From the NCBI GenBank assembly GCA_944386295.1, contig CALXAO010000013.1, positions 1 to 60,764 of the forward strand: a stretch of 60,764 bases of DNA, written 5' to 3'. How positions within the stretch are numbered: the stretch's first letter is position 1; each line of letters begins with the position of its first letter. This document shows, piece by piece, positions 19,751 through 29,552 of this stretch. A model generated the notes under the pieces. That model worked only from the letters and a program-made list of their open reading frames with translations. It did no database searches and was not told the DNA's origin. The position numbers were made by a program, and so were the translations under genes. The stretch is from an uncultured Clostridia bacterium. GTDB lineage: Bacteria; Bacillota; Clostridia; Oscillospirales; UBA644.

Positions 19751-21217
19751 ATGAAAATCTCCCAATTCAAAAAAATGTTCCAGAACCACCAGATTTTGGT
19801 GGGCGGAAACGCTCCCGACGGACTGGAAATTACCTCCCTGTGCTGTGATTCCCGGGATGCAATTCCAGGCAGCTTGTTTTTCTGTAAGGGGGCCAAGTTT
19901 CGTTTTGATTATCTGCAAAGGGCCGCGCAGGCCGGTGCCTGCGCCTATGTGTCAGAGGTGGATTATGGGCTTTTGCCCACGCTACTGGTTTCAGATATCC
20001 GAGCGGCCATGCCCCTGGCTGGAAAGGCGTTTGCTGGGGCACCTGATGAGAAGTTTCCCCTAATCGGAATTACCGGAACCAAGGGAAAAACCACCTGTGC
20101 CTATTTTCTACAGAGTATTTTGTCCCGCAAGTACGGTTTTCGGGTGGGGTTGATTTCTACAAACGAAGCCCTTTCCCTTGGACAGCGGCTGAAAAAATCT
20201 GGTACAACTCCCGAACCTTTGGAACTATACAGTCTGCTGGAACGCTTTGCTTCCGACCGAGTGGGGGCTGCGATAATGGAAGTGTCCTCCCAGGGGCTAC
20301 AGTACCGCCGGGTAGAGCATATTGATTTTGCAGTGGGTGTGTTTTTGAACCTATCCCCTGACCATATCAGCCCTACTGAGCATAAGGATTTTGAGGAATA
20401 TAAAGCCGCTAAACAAAAAATGCTGACGCTGTGCCGCGCTGGGGTAGTGAATCTGGATGACCCCTACAGCGGAGAAATTCTCCGATCGGCTACCTGCCGG
20501 CAGATACAGACGGTGTCCCTGATCGGTCCCGCCGACTGGACAGCCCGGGATATTCGGGGAACTCGCCAGGGTGTTTCCTTCCGAATCAATGGTCCAGGAT
20601 GTTCTTTTCCGGTGCATTTGTCGGCCGCTGGGGATTTCAATGTGTCTAACGCCCTTTGCGCTGCAGCTGCAGCTGCGGCGGTTGGGGGGACTCCGGAACA
20701 GATTCAGGAGGGACTGGAAGCTTCTGTAATTCCTGGCCGAATGGAGCAGTTTTCGGTGGCAGGAAGGCAGATTATTGTGGATTACGCTCACAACCGACTG
20801 AGCTTTGAAAAGATTTTCGAGTATACGTCCCAGTATTTCTCAGGGGTTTTCTGCACCGTTTTATTTGGTTGTCCTGGCAACAAGGCACCCGGCAGACGAA
20901 AAGACTTGCCTGAGGTAGCAGCTGCAAATGCTGATTTGATTATTCTGACTGACGATGACCCGGCGGATGAGGAACCTGAGGCTATTTTTCGGGAATGCGC
21001 AGCTGTGCTTGCTCTGTCTGATGTCCCTTATCGGATTATTCCCGATCGGCGGGAGGCTATTCTTGCTGCCATAGAAGCCACTCCGCCGGGCGGACTTGTG
21101 TTACTGTTGGGCAAAGGCCATGAGACTACCCAAATTGTTCGAGGCCGAGCTATAGAATACGGCGGTGATCGGAAATGCGCTCTGGGGGCTGTTGCTACTG
21201 TCTCCGTGGAATCATAA
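19751..21217 (+). CDS. murE: UDP-N-acetylmuramoyl-tripeptide synthetase
   Basis: DSR, GITGTKGKTT, TTP, MEVSS, DYAHN, GKGHE. Confidence 0.92.
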   Translation: MKISQFKKMFQNHQILVGGNAPDGLEITSLCCDSRDAIPGSLFFCKGAKFRFDYLQRAAQAGACAYVSEVDYGLLPTLLVSDIRAAMPLAGKAFAGAPDEKFPLIGITGTKGKTTCAYFLQSILSRKYGFRVGLISTNEALSLGQRLKKSGTTPEPLELYSLLERFASDRVGAAIMEVSSQGLQYRRVEHIDFAVGVFLNLSPDHISPTEHKDFEEYKAAKQKMLTLCRAGVVNLDDPYSGEILRSATCRQIQTVSLIGPADWTARDIRGTRQGVSFRINGPGCSFPVHLSAAGDFNVSNALCAAAAAAAVGGTPEQIQEGLEASVIPGRMEQFSVAGRQIIVDYAHNRLSFEKIFEYTSQYFSGVFCTVLFGCPGNKAPGRRKDLPEVAAANADLIILTDDDPADEEPEAIFRECAAVLALSDVPYRIIPDRREAILAAIEATPPGGLVLLLGKGHETTQIVRGRAIEYGGDRKCALGAVATVSVES

Positions 21218-21236
21218 TAGAAAGGATGTTATATAT

Positions 21237-21785
21237 ATGAAATTTCCCCATGTTTCCTTTCAGCCACTCCGGCGGCTGATTCATCCTGCATTTTTATATG
21301 ATACTTCCGATGACTCCCGGAAATGGCTGTGGCTTATTTGCCCATCCTTGTGCTTTGGTATTTTCTTTTTACATGCCGGGCTGGATCGGTTTCGAGTAGG
21401 TCTTTCGGGAGGACTGGGGGTCTTTTTCTGTGGATTGACCGGTTTGGTGGTGGGTGCGGCAGTGGCTCTGGTATTTGCGTTTTTGGCCTGGCTTTGCTGT
21501 CGGATATGCCGTCAGAAGCGGGCATTGTTGCGGCTGGTTTCTCCAGCCTGCGGAGTATTTCAGATTCCGCTGTTGTTACAAGTTTGTTCCCTATTGTTTG
21601 GCTTGCCCTTTGCTGTCCCTGCCGTATCGGCTTTTGGGCTGACGGCGCTGTTGTGGGCGCTGATTTTGATGATTGGTATGCTTCACGATTTGTTTGACCG
21701 TAAGCTGTGGCTTTCCTTGCCCTGTGTAACCCTGGCGGGGATTGTCCTGCTCAGTTCTTTGCAGCTGATTGTATTGTTTCGGTAG
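21237..21785 (+). CDS. Hypothetical 5-TM membrane protein (Yip1-like topology)
   Basis: RBS AAAGGA then ATG at 21237; five hydrophobic segments. Confidence 0.6.
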   Translation: MKFPHVSFQPLRRLIHPAFLYDTSDDSRKWLWLICPSLCFGIFFLHAGLDRFRVGLSGGLGVFFCGLTGLVVGAAVALVFAFLAWLCCRICRQKRALLRLVSPACGVFQIPLLLQVCSLLFGLPFAVPAVSAFGLTALLWALILMIGMLHDLFDRKLWLSLPCVTLAGIVLLSSLQLIVLFR

Positions 21786-21800
21786 AAAGAGGCCTGTTTT

Positions 21801-22211
21801 ATGAAATTTGATCGTTATATTTTAATTGGGATTCTATGTCTTTTGCCCTATGTCTGTGTGGGAGCATTTTTGACGGCCCCTTCCTTAGTCAACGTTTTTT
21901 CCTGGGTGTTTTTATCCCTTGCAGTGACGGCGGCCGATGTGGTTTGCTTTGATATGCTTTTGGCCAATCGCCGGAAAAACTGGTGTCTTCTTTTGCCTTT
22001 TACAGTATTGTTTCTTTATGCTCAGATTGTATTCCGGTGGAATGTTTTAATTCCCTTTTTTGTGACCGGGCAGTTTGCCTTGGGGATTTACACCACTACT
22101 GAAAGGGCCGAAACCCTGGGAAAATTGAAAGCGGCAAAACCTCTGTTGGTGGCCGGGGTTGTTGGGGTCCTAATGACTTGTGTTGTGATTTTGACGGGGG
22201 TGGGGGCGTGA
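21801..22211 (+). CDS. Hypothetical membrane protein
   Basis: 136 aa, 4-5 TM segments, AGAGG RBS. Confidence 0.65.
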   Translation: MKFDRYILIGILCLLPYVCVGAFLTAPSLVNVFSWVFLSLAVTAADVVCFDMLLANRRKNWCLLLPFTVLFLYAQIVFRWNVLIPFFVTGQFALGIYTTTERAETLGKLKAAKPLLVAGVVGVLMTCVVILTGVGA

Positions 22212-23383
22212 GAAAAGTTTGGACCGGTTCTTTACTCTTTCTCCTGACAGTGCTTTTTTTGTCTTTGATCGTGTCGGCCGACCCGGAACTTTGCTTTTGC
22301 GGTCGGGAATATTATGCGGTTACAGGCGATGGGCACAGCCAGTACGACTGTCGGGGTTGCGGCCAAAATTACCGATTCTGCAAATGCCATACCTGTTGGT
22401 GCGGAAAATCTCTGACGGTGCAGTCTGGAGAGAACGGGGAAATTCTTTCTATGATTTGCGATGGGTGCGGTCTTCCCGGAAGTAAATGTACTTGTGCGGA
22501 TCGGGAATATTATCATGCACTGCTAATGCTGGATCGGAATATCTGCGGTCCTGACCTTCCCAAAACCGGAGGGCTGCTTCTTCTGGCGGCAGCGATTTTG
22601 CCAGCCGGTCTGTTTTTTCTTTTGTTTTTACTGTTTCATCAGCGAAACGAATCTTTTGATGCTCAGGTCCGCGATATTGGACGTCTGAAGGTTGCCTTTA
22701 ATCAAATTGAGAAGCAAGAAGATGCTTTGTCCCGGTATCGGGTGGCGAAAAAGGCAGAGGAGCATAAGCGTCGGGATTTGGATGGTTCGCCTACGCCTAC
22801 TGATTGGAAAGAATGGAAGGCGCTTTGCTTTAAAAAGGATTCTCTTCTTCCGAGTGTGTTGAACGAGGAAACCTTCCGGGCCCGAACAGAGCAATTGCTT
22901 CAGGACTGTCTGACTGACAGCCGCCTTGCGCTATCCGGCGAACCCGATCTACCGGTAGATCTATGGTCTCAGTCCGGCACCTTTTCTCCGGAACGTCTTT
23001 CTTTGGGGGCTGCTACTCCGGCCGGAACTCTGCTGCGTTGGCCGGGGGCCTCATCGGAGGTTTGCCTATACCAAATAGCAGCTGCTTTATGTGGTCCGGA
23101 TACCTGCCGATTAGCTTACGGAACTGGGCGCACCGGGTTTTCCGGTGCTGTGTTTGAGCCATCGTTTAAGCTGCTGAAGAAAAAAGAGGACTGGCAGGCA
23201 CAAACAGCCGAATGTGAACACGCGTTGGCAGTCCTTGTTCCTGGAGGGGATCCGGAGCTTTTGAGTAAGCTTCCTCTCTGTTCCGGTGAATTTCCTGAGG
23301 AACCTGGTTTGCCTCCGGTGACGGAAAAGTACGCACCTGCCATTCTTCGTTTTGCACCTAGCGGAAAGGAGGGGGACCTATGA
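22208..23383 (+). CDS. Hypothetical protein: signal peptide, tandem Cys-rich repeats, LPKTG plus TM, cytoplasmic domain
   Basis: GTG overlapping the upstream TGA; architecture read from the translation. Confidence 0.7.
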   Translation: MRKVWTGSLLFLLTVLFLSLIVSADPELCFCGREYYAVTGDGHSQYDCRGCGQNYRFCKCHTCWCGKSLTVQSGENGEILSMICDGCGLPGSKCTCADREYYHALLMLDRNICGPDLPKTGGLLLLAAAILPAGLFFLLFLLFHQRNESFDAQVRDIGRLKVAFNQIEKQEDALSRYRVAKKAEEHKRRDLDGSPTPTDWKEWKALCFKKDSLLPSVLNEETFRARTEQLLQDCLTDSRLALSGEPDLPVDLWSQSGTFSPERLSLGAATPAGTLLRWPGASSEVCLYQIAAALCGPDTCRLAYGTGRTGFSGAVFEPSFKLLKKKEDWQAQTAECEHALAVLVPGGDPELLSKLPLCSGEFPEEPGLPPVTEKYAPAILRFAPSGKEGDL

Positions 23384-24264
23384 GATATCTGTTTTCTACC
23401 CGGGAGCTTGTGGCGTTTTTATCTCGTTCTGAAACACCTTGTTCCCCCCATTCTCTCTTTGAACCCCTATCCCGGTTGCCCTTGTCAGAACCATTAACGC
23501 CGCCTTTGACCGAAGAAAACGGTTTGACAGCTGAGGGCCGGTTGCTGGAGCGGTTTTTGCTGGACCCCGATCGGGTATTCTTGTTGGGGCGGCAGGCAGC
23601 GGCTGATGGAACGATTTATGCCTTACGCAAAGAGGGGTTGTTCTGCTTGTATACCTATCTGCGCAGACAGGATTTTCATGTATTTTTTCTGTATCTGGAT
23701 GTGAAGCGATTGGCAGATGCCCTTCCTGGCCTTTTATATAGTTTTTATACCCCCGATCTGTATGTATCCACCTCCCTGGCCTGTATGCTTACCTTGCCAG
23801 AATACGCGGCTTTGCAGCTCTGTTGCATGGTTTTGAATTTGCGGCCCACACCTTTGTCGGCTTTGGAGCCCATTACCTTAGATCAATTACGGGGAGAAAA
23901 TCTGTCTCTGTATCTGTCGAATTTCCTTGAGGAAGCTGGCCGCCGAGAAGGTGCCGCAAGGGTTTGCGAGCTGCAGGCTGGCCCGGCATTGGAAACTGCG
24001 TTAACCGGATTGCTGGAAAAAGGACTGCTTCTTCCTCTGGCCGGAGACAGTCATCAGATTTCTTATCTGCCTTCGCCTTTGTTTATCGACTGGCTCGATC
24101 AGGGGCTGACTCTGGATACCGTTTACTGCCGGGAATCTGTGTCTGGTCGGGAACGTCTTTTTGCACTGCGCCGCCCGGGCATTACACAGATTGCTCCTGA
24201 TGGAGAAAGCGTGACTCTTTGTTCGGTTTCCGCCCCTGACTGGGAAAAAATTTTATCGGAATAA
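23380..24264 (+). CDS. Hypothetical soluble protein
   Basis: 294 aa; GGAGGGGG RBS; ATGA coupling. Confidence 0.7.
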   Translation: MRYLFSTRELVAFLSRSETPCSPHSLFEPLSRLPLSEPLTPPLTEENGLTAEGRLLERFLLDPDRVFLLGRQAAADGTIYALRKEGLFCLYTYLRRQDFHVFFLYLDVKRLADALPGLLYSFYTPDLYVSTSLACMLTLPEYAALQLCCMVLNLRPTPLSALEPITLDQLRGENLSLYLSNFLEEAGRREGAARVCELQAGPALETALTGLLEKGLLLPLAGDSHQISYLPSPLFIDWLDQGLTLDTVYCRESVSGRERLFALRRPGITQIAPDGESVTLCSVSAPDWEKILSE

Positions 24265-24291
24265 CAACCGTTATGTTTGGAGGACTTGATT

Positions 24292-24579
24292 ATGAAAGAA
24301 AAATTTAAGGAACTGTCCCAATGGCTGACTGCGGCACGGGAGATGCTGCGGCAATTGCCCAAGATTTTCAAAAAAAAGACTCCGGTGCCGGAAAAGCAAA
24401 GCAAAGGTACCGTGGCGGCGCTGATATTTGCTGCTGTCGGGATTCTGTTTTCCTTGGTATCAGTTGCAGCGTTGGTATTTTGTAAGCTGCGGAACTGGAG
24501 GAACCGCTGCCCGGAAGAGTCTTTGCCGGGCTACGAGACTGATCCGGACGCTGATGAATATGAGGATACTGAGGAATAA
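24292..24579 (+). CDS. Hypothetical single-TM protein with acidic tail
   Basis: GGAGG RBS before MKEKF; one TM segment. Confidence 0.55.
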   Translation: MKEKFKELSQWLTAAREMLRQLPKIFKKKTPVPEKQSKGTVAALIFAAVGILFSLVSVAALVFCKLRNWRNRCPEESLPGYETDPDADEYEDTEE

Positions 24580-24625
24580 AAAGCATTGGCCGGCCAGAGA
24601 CCCCCCCTGGTCGGCCAATTGTTTT
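24578..24625. terminator. Bidirectional terminator between convergent operons
   Basis: ATTGGCCGGCCAG ... CTGGTCGGCCAAT with A and T tails. Confidence 0.75.
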
Positions 24626-26261
24626 ATTCTGTTTTTCGCAAACGAAAGCGTTGAATTTTACCCGAGTCTGTTTTAGGAAGTACCGGAACATATTCAATTA
24701 TCCGGGGATATTTGTAGGAGGCAGTGGATTCCTTAACAAATTTTTGCAGTTGGCGTGTTAAATTCCGGGTACCTTCATAGCCTGGCTGTAAAACGACGGT
24801 GGCCTTGATGGCAAAGCCTCGTTCGGCGTCAGGTATGCCGGTAACGGCGCATTCAAAAACTGCTGGGTGCTGTATCAGCACATTTTCTACCTCAAAGGGA
24901 CTAATTCTGTATCCGCAGGATTTAATAACATCATCGGTCCGACCTACATACCAGATGTAACCATCTTTGTCCTGATAAGCAAGGTCCCGGGTATGATACA
25001 TGCCATTTTTCCAAATTTCCTCTGTAGCTTCTGGATCTTTATCATAATGATCCATCAGTCCAAAATTTCCTGCCGGATTTGGCAAAATAACGATTTCTCC
25101 TGTCTCACCTTGGGGGACTGGTTGACCTTCTTCGTCCACAATCTGAACCCTGTAAAGGGGTGAGGGTTTTCCCATAGATCCTTCTCTGGATTTTTCTCCC
25201 TGGAAATTTCCAATAATCAGGGTTGTTTCAGTTTGACCATAGCCTTCTTTGATTTCCAGTCCCGTGTGCTCCTGAAATTTTCGAAAAATGTCCGGATTAA
25301 GAGCTTCTCCGGCGGTAGAAACCGAGTGAAGGGTGGAAAAATTATAGTTTTTAAGGCCACTTTTTACCAAAAACCGGTAAAATGTCGGTGGCGCACAAAA
25401 AGAACATACCTTGTAGTTTGCTGCTACTTCCAGCAGATCTCCAGGGTTAAAGTTAATGTAATCGTACACCAACACCGCACTTCCGCAGAGCCACTGGCCG
25501 TAAATTTTTCCCCAGGAGGCCTTCGCCCAACCGGTGTCTGCGACGCTGAGGTGAACTCCGTTATTTTCTGTATTTTGCCAGTATTTTGCAGTGGGGATGT
25601 GTCCCAGAGGATAGCCGTAATTGTGAACGACTGCTTTGGGATATCCGGTGGTTCCGGAGGTAAAATACATTATCATTGGGTCGGTACTAGGAATGACCTT
25701 GCGGGAAAATTTATCGGATTCCTTCTCCATGCCGGTATCCAGACGCAAAAATCCGGGACAATCCTGCCGCACGGTAAATTTCTGTTCCAAACCGCATTTT
25801 GCAGAGGCTGCCGTAACAGCTCCGGTCACCTCTGAGTCCTCCGTGCAGACAATGGCTTTGATTGAAGCCGACTGAATCCGATAAATCAGGTCTTCTTCAC
25901 GGAGCATATAAGACGCCGGAATAGCAACAGCACCTATGCGGTGCAAGGCAAGAAGCGTATACCAATATTCAAAATGCCGTCGGAGAAGAAGGAGGACCCG
26001 ATCACCTCGACGGATTCCCTGTTTTGTCAGATAGTTGGCTGCCTGTGCTGATGCCTTGCTCATATAAAGGAAGGAAAAAATCTCTTCCCGTCCCTTGTGA
26101 TCTCGCCAGATAAGCGCCGTTTTGTCTGGTTCCTGCTGGGCAATTACATCCACTACGTCATTTGCAAAATTAAAATATTTCGGTACATGAAGGGAAAAAG
26201 ATCGGATACAGCCCTTTTCGTCCAGTTCTTCGCTGCAATAGTTTAAATAAAGAGGTTTCAT
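24624..26261 (-). CDS. AMP-forming short/medium-chain acyl-CoA synthetase
   Basis: YFTSGTTGYPK, EGYGQTE, GRTDDVIKS, PKTDSGKI. Confidence 0.9.
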   Translation of the reverse strand: MKPLYLNYCSEELDEKGCIRSFSLHVPKYFNFANDVVDVIAQQEPDKTALIWRDHKGREEIFSFLYMSKASAQAANYLTKQGIRRGDRVLLLLRRHFEYWYTLLALHRIGAVAIPASYMLREEDLIYRIQSASIKAIVCTEDSEVTGAVTAASAKCGLEQKFTVRQDCPGFLRLDTGMEKESDKFSRKVIPSTDPMIMYFTSGTTGYPKAVVHNYGYPLGHIPTAKYWQNTENNGVHLSVADTGWAKASWGKIYGQWLCGSAVLVYDYINFNPGDLLEVAANYKVCSFCAPPTFYRFLVKSGLKNYNFSTLHSVSTAGEALNPDIFRKFQEHTGLEIKEGYGQTETTLIIGNFQGEKSREGSMGKPSPLYRVQIVDEEGQPVPQGETGEIVILPNPAGNFGLMDHYDKDPEATEEIWKNGMYHTRDLAYQDKDGYIWYVGRTDDVIKSCGYRISPFEVENVLIQHPAVFECAVTGIPDAERGFAIKATVVLQPGYEGTRNLTRQLQKFVKESTASYKYPRIIEYVPVLPKTDSGKIQRFRLRKTE

Positions 26262-27055
26262 TAAGCTTCCCCGTTTTCCGTGAAAATTCCGATTTTACGG
26301 AACCTCTGATATCGTTCTTCCAGCATTTGTCCAATGGGTTTGGACAGCAGCTCTGACAAATCCTGCAAATACCGGTTTTTTATTTGCTCACACATTTGGG
26401 GAAACCGGTCAAATGTCTCGGGAAATACTGCTTCTGCTACACCGAAGCGGAGCATATCCTCTGCCGTAATGTGCAGACAATCTGCTGCCTGCTCTACTTT
26501 GGCGGAATCCTTCCAAAGAATACTGGCGCATCCCTCGGGGGAAATTACAGAATATACTGCATTTTCCAACATATAAACCCGATCTGCCACGCCCAAGGCT
26601 AAAGCCCCTCCGCTCCCCCCTTCGCCGATAACGGTCGTGAGTATTGGTACTGTCAAACCTGCCATTTCCAGCAAATTTTCCGCAATGGCCAATCCCTGTC
26701 CCCGTTCTTCTGCATCAGCGCCGCAAAAGGCTCCTAGGGTGTCTACGAAGCAAAGCACCGGCCGACCAAATTTTTCGGCTTGTTTCATCAGTCGCAGGGC
26801 CTTTCGGTAGCCTTCCGGTTTGGGACAACCAAAGTTTCGAGCCAGTCGATCCTGTAAATCCTGCCCTTTTTCAATAGCCAAAAAGGTAACTGGAAGCCGC
26901 TCCAAATATCCAATTCCTCCCAGAATAGCTCCGTCCTCTCCATACCTCCGGTCTCCGTGTAGGAAAACCTGCTCGGTAAACAAGCTGTCAATATAGGCTC
27001 GGCCTGTGGGACGTCCGGTGGTTCGGGCAATTCGGAGTTTTTCGTAGGCGGTCAT
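26261..27055 (-). CDS. accA: Acetyl-CoA carboxylase carboxyltransferase alpha
   Basis: LHGDR, PEGYRKA, AEERGQ, GEGGSGGA, SVISPEGCA. Confidence 0.92.
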   Translation of the reverse strand: MTAYEKLRIARTTGRPTGRAYIDSLFTEQVFLHGDRRYGEDGAILGGIGYLERLPVTFLAIEKGQDLQDRLARNFGCPKPEGYRKALRLMKQAEKFGRPVLCFVDTLGAFCGADAEERGQGLAIAENLLEMAGLTVPILTTVIGEGGSGGALALGVADRVYMLENAVYSVISPEGCASILWKDSAKVEQAADCLHITAEDMLRFGVAEAVFPETFDRFPQMCEQIKNRYLQDLSELLSKPIGQMLEERYQRFRKIGIFTENGEA

Positions 27056-27876
27056 ATTCTCACCTCTCTGTTGTGCATTCGAAGCAGCAAAGCTATGGTC
27101 TCTTTTAGCTTGCTTCGGGAAACAATTTCATCCACAAAGCCATGCTGAAGCAAAAATTCCGACCGCTGAAAATCTTTTGGCAGATTGCTTCCGGTGGTTT
27201 GTTCCACTACCCTCCGTCCGGCAAAGCCGACCAAGGCGCCCGGTTCCGCTAAAATAATGTCGCCCTGCATGGCAAAACTTGCCGTTACGCCTCCGGTGGT
27301 AGGGTCTGTAAGCACTGTCAGATATAAATTCCCCGCATCGCTGTGTCTCCGTACCGCTGCGCTGACCTTAGCCATTTGCATTAGGGACACAATTCCTTCC
27401 TGCATTCGAGCACCCCCCGAGGCGGTAAACCCAAGGACCGGCAGCTGATGTTCCAGCGCGTATTCAAAGGCCCGGGTAATTTTTTCACCCACTACCGATC
27501 CCATACTTGCCATAATAAAATCTGGCTCCATGGCAAAAATTACACAGGGGTTTCCCTTAATTTTTGCTGTGCCGCAAACCACTGCGTCTTTTTCTCCGGT
27601 GGTATTTTCTGCTTCCCAGAGTTTTTGTGCATAGTTTGGAAATTGCAAAAAGTCCTGGCTGCTCAGATTCGGGCTGATTTCCTGAAAGGTTTTTTCGTCC
27701 GCAATCCATTGAATTCTCCGTCTTCCTCCAAATCGAAGATATTTTCCGCAGGAAGAGCAAAGATAGTCGTTTTTCCGTGCGACCTTGGCTGGAATTTCTG
27801 TTTTGCAGGATTTGCAGATTAAAGGTGCTTCGTCCTTTCCGGACAGCTTAGACAGCAGGTTAGTCAGAAACTTCAT
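27052..27876 (-). CDS. accD: Acetyl-CoA carboxylase carboxyltransferase beta
   Basis: C4 zinc finger, SMGSVVGE, SGGARMQEG, DPTTGGV, GFAGRRV. Confidence 0.92.
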   Translation of the reverse strand: MKFLTNLLSKLSGKDEAPLICKSCKTEIPAKVARKNDYLCSSCGKYLRFGGRRRIQWIADEKTFQEISPNLSSQDFLQFPNYAQKLWEAENTTGEKDAVVCGTAKIKGNPCVIFAMEPDFIMASMGSVVGEKITRAFEYALEHQLPVLGFTASGGARMQEGIVSLMQMAKVSAAVRRHSDAGNLYLTVLTDPTTGGVTASFAMQGDIILAEPGALVGFAGRRVVEQTTGSNLPKDFQRSEFLLQHGFVDEIVSRSKLKETIALLLRMHNREVRI

Positions 27877-28304
27877 TCTGCAGCCTCCTTTTGCTCCGGT
27901 ACTAGCGCAAAGGAAAATTCTGCCTTAACACAAAGGGCGCCGTTAACTTTCCCCTTTGCTGAAGCAAAATAAAACTGACCCATGGTCCGTTCAATACGGC
28001 ATTCGGTTTCAAATACATCTCCTATCGTTACCGGACGCTTAAAGCGTACTTTGTCCAAGCCGGTAAAGAAAGGCAGGGTTTTTCCTGTGGTCTGCCCCAA
28101 CAGTACACAGGCGGATTGTGCCATAATTTCGCATAAAATAACCCCTGGAACCACTGGACGGCCAGGAAAATGTCCTTTAAGGAACCATTCTTCTCCGGTA
28201 ATGGTCTTTTTGCCGTGGGCAATTTCGTCTATTACCTCAGCCTCATCAATAAGAAGCATATTATCCCGGTGAGGAAGGATTTTTTTGATTTCTTCCTGAT
28301 TCAT
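27873..28304 (-). CDS. fabZ: 3-hydroxyacyl-ACP dehydratase
   Basis: LPHR, GHFPG.PVVPGV, E.MAQ; start MNQEEI. Confidence 0.92.
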   Translation of the reverse strand: MNQEEIKKILPHRDNMLLIDEAEVIDEIAHGKKTITGEEWFLKGHFPGRPVVPGVILCEIMAQSACVLLGQTTGKTLPFFTGLDKVRFKRPVTIGDVFETECRIERTMGQFYFASAKGKVNGALCVKAEFSFALVPEQKEAAE

Positions 28305-28314
28305 AGCTTTCTCC

Positions 28315-29541
28315 TTACAGTGTCCGGAAAGCAATGCAGGTGTCATGACCTCCAAAGCCCAGAGAGGTGGAAATGGCTCCCCGAATTTCCGTGTAAACCG
28401 CCTTAAGCGGGGTGTAATTCAGGTCGCATTCCTCATCCGGTTCTAACAAGTTAATGGTGGGGGGAACAACTCCTTTTTTCAGAGTAAACAAACACGCGAT
28501 GGCCTCTGCTGCTCCGGCCGCACCCAGCATATGTCCGGTCATGGACTTAGTAGAGCTGATATGCAATCGGTATGCATCCTGTCCAAAAGCTCTCTTAAAA
28601 GCAGTGGTTTCGGTGATATCGTTGAGATGCGTTCCTGTACCGTGAGCATTTACGTAAAGGGTTTCCGCTGGTACATCTCCCATGTTCTGCATTGCCTGGC
28701 GAATAGCCCGGATGGTACAGGTTGCTTCCGGATCAGGTGCGGTAATGTGATGTGCATCGCAGGCAGCACCGTAACCGCACACTTCTGCGTAAATTTTTGC
28801 ACCCCGGGCCTTTGCGTGTTCATATTCTTCCAGAATCAGAGTTGCTGCGCCTTCCCCGATAACAAATCCGCCCCGGCGTTTGTCAAAGGGTAAGGAGGCT
28901 GCGTTTTTGTCTTCTGCTGCGGACAATGCCATACAGTTGCCGAACCCGGCTACCGTCAAGGGAACAATGGCGGCTTCCGATCCTCCGCAGATAATGGCCT
29001 TAGCATATCCGTGGCAAATGGCACGATAGGCTTCACCGATGGCAGTAGTGCCGGTAGCGCAAGCGGTAGACAGTGCTAGGGAAGAGCCTTTGGCATGAAA
29101 CCGGATGGCAATATTTCCTGCTGCAATATTCATAATCATTTTCGGTACAAATTGAGGTGAAACATAGTTTGCACCATTTTCCAGATTTGCTTGATCTTCC
29201 TTACAAAGTGTCTGAATTCCCCCAATGCCGGTTCCGTAATAAACGCCTAGGTCTTCGTCAGCAATCTGTCCCTCCAGGCCGCTGTCATTCATTGCTTCCT
29301 GGGAAGCTATCAGCGCGTACTGTACAAAGGGGTCTGTTTTCCGGGCCGCTGCCTTGCCCAGCAACGTTGCTACATCCAGGCCCTTGACCTCTGCGCCCAT
29401 TTTAAACCGTGATTCGCTTATATCAAAGCGGGAAATAGTGTCAATTCCGTTTACACCTGCTTCCAGGGCAGCCCAGTATTCCGGAACATTATTTCCGATA
29501 GGGGTTACCGCCCCAATGCCGGTTACTACAACTCGATTCAT
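28315..29541 (-). CDS. fabF: Beta-ketoacyl-ACP synthase II
   Basis: TACA, HGTGT, KSMTGHMLGAAG, GFGG. Confidence 0.93.
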   Translation of the reverse strand: MNRVVVTGIGAVTPIGNNVPEYWAALEAGVNGIDTISRFDISESRFKMGAEVKGLDVATLLGKAAARKTDPFVQYALIASQEAMNDSGLEGQIADEDLGVYYGTGIGGIQTLCKEDQANLENGANYVSPQFVPKMIMNIAAGNIAIRFHAKGSSLALSTACATGTTAIGEAYRAICHGYAKAIICGGSEAAIVPLTVAGFGNCMALSAAEDKNAASLPFDKRRGGFVIGEGAATLILEEYEHAKARGAKIYAEVCGYGAACDAHHITAPDPEATCTIRAIRQAMQNMGDVPAETLYVNAHGTGTHLNDITETTAFKRAFGQDAYRLHISSTKSMTGHMLGAAGAAEAIACLFTLKKGVVPPTINLLEPDEECDLNYTPLKAVYTEIRGAISTSLGFGGHDTCIAFRTL

Positions 29542-29552
29542 GCTGTTTCCTC

